Below, in pieces: positions 61,226 through 64,000 of a stretch of DNA of 64,000 nucleotides. The notes beneath the pieces were generated by a model. The model was given only the letters and a program-made list of their open reading frames with translations. It did not search any database and was not told where the DNA came from. This DNA comes from Branchiostoma floridae (Eukaryota). The first letter of the stretch is position 1. Every line of letters starts with the position of its first letter. Location: the NCBI RefSeq assembly GCF_015852565.1, contig NC_136205.1:3066707-3130706 (forward strand), in the 5' to 3' direction. A program made the position numbers and the translations under genes.

Positions 61226-64000
61226 CTTTAAACAGCAAATGCACATAGTTTTTTCAAAGTTGCAGATAGACTGTTGATATCATTAAAAGTAGTAAAATAT
61301 GATTGCATGATCTTGGGCCTCCATCCATAGCTAAAGATATAGTTAAAGGTGTTGATATTTTAGGATGTACACTTAGCTATTGTCCTCGTGTTCGATACAA
61401 GTGCAGCATTTTGTCGATTAGGTTATACCTGGCAACTTCCTCATCATTTTCAGTTTTTCTAAGGTAGCACAACGTACAATTATATGCATTCAGTTCACTT
61501 TAGGAAATAAAACATGTGAGCCAGATTTGCCTTGTCCACTTCTGTACACTTCGGGGCTACCTGTGTGTTAGCTGGTCTCAGTTTTCTGTCCAAACAATGC
61601 TGCAGTGTAATGCACAATGTAGATCCTGTATGCTCGACGTATGGGGCAATTGACTTGTTTTTGTTTTTTTAAACATGGTACTGGTACTGTTATAATGCAG
61701 CAAAGTACTAGTACTATTTTAATGACCCAATTTACAGCTGTCGTCCACAAGTCCCATAGACTTTTGTTGCTTTGGACTGGAAAATGTATAAATCCTCACC
61801 TTCTTTCCGAGAGGCAGGTGCTGTTGCCCCTGCCGGGCCACTATGGAGATTGGTGTTAGAATCGTCTGGCTCAGCACCCATCTCAGGTACACCTGTAGTT
61901 TAAGGGTCAAATAGTTGATGTAATATCGAGTGCTTTATTTCAAAGTCTAAAGACTTTATACAAATGAAACATAATCAGAACCATATACGTGTATTTGGAT
62001 ATATGCGTATTTGGTAAAATGAAATGAAATGAAATGGATTCTCACCTGGGTTACTGGTTTCAGTTGGTACATGGCCAGACCCAACTTTATTTGGGGATGT
62101 CTCAGGACGGTGGTCATTGGTCCGGTTACCATTACCTACCAAGCACGAAGAAAAACAACATAGCAATTAGACCCGGTGATATGTTAAGACGTATATGAAG
62201 ATATAACTTCAGGTGTGCAAAAGTCAAAATATAACCAAATTAAAGGCCCTCGTCAGTAATTCTCATAGACTTTCGTTGCCTTGGACTGGTAAATTATATA
62301 CTGTACGTGGTTTCTATTTATTCGGAATTAGCCTCTCAAAGTGTCGCAGAATTCCATAAAACTACATCTAGATCACTTATTTGACATCTGAACAAAATCA
62401 AAGCAACAGTACCATTGTTAAATAACAATTATAACAATTCGGCATAACAATTACAAAAATTCGGCATCACAGAATGAAGGGACATTTTGTATTCCTAGAC
62501 TTTTATAGAAATAATTACATGACTTTTGCAAAGAGAAAAATGTACTCACTAGAAGTGTTAGGAATTCGATCTTGGCGTTCCTGAAAGAGAAAAAAAGCAC
62601 GCCGGGAACTTTATTTTGGGGACATCGCAATACCATAATAATGGCTAATTGTAGCATGATGATCTACTAAATCGTACATCAAGTAGACGTGTTTGATATT
62701 ACACCATAATATTTGGTCATATGATTCTAAAGCTACATTTTGTTTGTACTATGGTTTTAATCCGGTATTTGGGTAAGCTTTGCTTTAGAATAAAGCATTT
62801 TCGGTTATATCTTAGACGCTCTTACCTCCCGAAACGTGAACCTGCATACAACCCGAGGTTCTTGCTCTTGAATAGTTGTGATGATGACTTCACCCTTAAG
62901 ATGTTTTCCGTTCGGCCTATCCAGGAGCATTTGAACAGTCTGTCCGTGCTCTTCGCGACAGAGCTGGGCACATAGCTCTATTGTCTGAGATTCTTTTTGG
63001 CCTTCTTTGATACTGACAACAACTTCAATATCATTCCTTTGAAACAGATCGAACATTGCTTTGTTGCTTCCACACATGGTGAAGCCAGGAAGGTAATAAT
63101 CTTTTTCAACACTCTTGTCCCTACACACAACATGGAAATCTACGTCTACTTCATGTGGCTTGATGTGTGCGGAAAACCGACAATTTAAAGTTCTTAACGA
63201 CAGAACGTATGCCATGCTCTGTCCTACATGTACACCCGTTTCAATTTGCTGCAGCTGCTGCTCGGTCCACAGCACACACAGGGGACAGAAGGCTTGCAGA
63301 GATATGGACAGTTTGTCCGGATGTATCTGATGTGGGGTTGAAGCTGTGATATCTGCCCAGCCATGTCCATCGAAATGCTTCAGCAGAACACATTCCATGC
63401 CTTCAGTACCCGGAGGTCTCCATGTCTCTAGCTCAATTGGTCCACTCAGCTGTGCGCCGTGTAGGTTGACATCGACAGCCGGGGAGAACAGCACCTGATC
63501 CAGCAGCTCGCGTGGACAGGCCTCCTCACATAGAGACCAAGGGTAGCCAGAGATCCAGCTGAAGCCTTCGTCACCTCTCAAAATATCGGGAATGTCTACA
63601 GTAGAAACTGTAATTGTTGTGTCTCTCTGAAGGACGCCTGATGGCACACAAAGTTTGGCAAAACCGGAAATCTCAATCTCCCCACCCGATGGTCCTACAA
63701 ACGCCTTTGCAGTCTTTGTGTGATGTAGCTCTTGCAGTATTCCTAAAATAAGTCAAAGGCATATTAGATTTGATACGTGCAAAATACAAATTTTGTTCAA
63801 ATATGTTTTACGTAAATCACCTGGCTGTCTTTCCAGTGCATAATACAGTTTGAAAGGAAAGTAATCTAGGGCGAGAAAAAACAGTACATTGGTTGTAGAA
63901 AAAAGTATGCTATACTCGATTCGAATTCTCTGTTGCGTACACACGCTCTGCTTGCAGTAAGAACTTGGTGTGTGTTGATGAAATTCAAACAAACCTGCAA
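60018..64000 (-). CDS. Gene model (3' part; the 5' exons lie beyond 64000): FIIND-like ZU5-UPA module, Pro/Ser/Thr/Gly-rich linker, GT4-family (Glycos_transf_1, GT-B fold) glycosyltransferase domain
   Basis: Five exons with canonical splice sites whose phases (x/0, 0/1, 1/1, 1/1, 1/stop) give a single open frame from 63742 to the stop at 60018. Confidence 0.75.
61800..61892 (-). CDS. ZU5-UPA-GT gene linker exon
   Basis: rc: GVPEMGAEPDDSNTNLHSGPAGATAPASRKE. ctacag/gtgagg. 93 nt, phase 1-1. Confidence 0.6.
62046..62135 (-). CDS. ZU5-UPA-GT gene linker exon
   Basis: rc: SNGNRTNDHRPETSPNKVGSGHVPTETSNP. ggtag/gtgaga. 90 nt, phase 1-1. Confidence 0.6.
62550..62580 (-). CDS. ZU5-UPA-GT gene 31-nt exon
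   Basis: rc: ERQDRIPNTS. ctttcag/gtgagt. Converts phase 0 to 1, as needed between the flanking exons. Confidence 0.5.
62826..63742 (-). CDS. ZU5-UPA-GT gene exon encoding ZU5 and UPA (FIIND-like)
   Basis: rc: [48 protein letters not shown]...SPAVDVNLHGAQLSGPIELETW...LLKHFDGHGWADIT...LSISLQAFCPLCVLW (ZU5), then ...NCRFSAHIKPHEVDVDFHVVCRDKSVEKDYYLPGFTMCGSNKAMFDLFQRNDIEVVVSIKEG... (UPA-like). Acceptor ttattttag at 63743-63751, donor gtaaga at 62825. Confidence 0.8.

Noticed and set aside
63369-63377. HFD tripeptide in the ZU5 domain, considered as a degenerate HFS autocleavage site
   Set aside because: It lies in the middle of ZU5, before the W..I strand, and not at the ZU5/UPA junction. The junction-equivalent motif is F|C at 63290-63285.

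Overview
This is eukaryotic (metazoan) nuclear DNA, not a prokaryotic locus. It has short GT-AG introns, long runs of phase-1 EGF exons, and a heavy load of MITEs, SINEs and a LINE. GC is about 40%, with GC-rich third codon positions. The style suggests a marine invertebrate deuterostome (amphioxus-like), but I cannot verify that without a database search. All homology statements are by-eye comparisons with protein sequences I remember; no search was run. Exon coordinates were derived by hand from splice signals and reading-frame continuity and may be off by a few nt.

I can support four protein-coding loci:

1. Minus strand, 664-17808, 25 coding exons. A signal peptide and a Tie/TEK-like Ig-Ig-EGFx3 ligand-binding module are joined to 17 further EGF/cbEGF exons, one TM helix and a short Lys-rich tail. 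There is no kinase.
2. Plus strand, 21542-52452, 39 coding exons. This is a vault poly(ADP-ribose) polymerase (PARP4) homologue with BRCT, PARP regulatory and catalytic domains (H-Y-E retained), VIT, vWA and the C-terminal vault-interaction region.
3. Plus strand, about 56.5-58.1 kb. A highly divergent eIF5A-like locus with a recognisable C-terminal half but no recognisable hypusine loop.
4. Minus strand, 60018 to beyond 64000. A FIIND-like ZU5-UPA module is spliced in frame to a bacterial-type GT4 (Glycos_transf_1) glycosyltransferase encoded by one 1.2 kb terminal exon.

The main points of interest are:

- **PARP4 linker mosaic.** The linker (43786-48751) is a mosaic of look-alikes of well-known protein tails and linear motifs:
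  - an in-frame exon encoding the C-terminal half of a 14-3-3 protein;
  - a ribosomal P-stalk tail ([11 protein letters not shown]);
  - an RS run plus three RNA Pol II CTD-like heptads;
  - about 20 FG motifs including GLFG and FSFG;
  - a histone H3 residue 5-17 look-alike ([13 protein letters not shown]);
  - a polyproline tract followed by a WAVE/WASP WH2-like KGIQLLK.
- **ZU5-UPA-glycosyltransferase gene.** It has F|C at the position of the NLRP1/CARD8 F|S autocleavage site.
- **Kinase-less Tie-like/EGF chimera.**
- **Local exon-boundary duplications in PARP4.** Exon 13 is triplicated, a hAT MITE target-site duplication copies the exon 8 splice donor, and the terminal exon is duplicated 6.3 kb downstream.

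There are no rRNA genes, bona fide tRNA genes, CRISPR arrays or operons.
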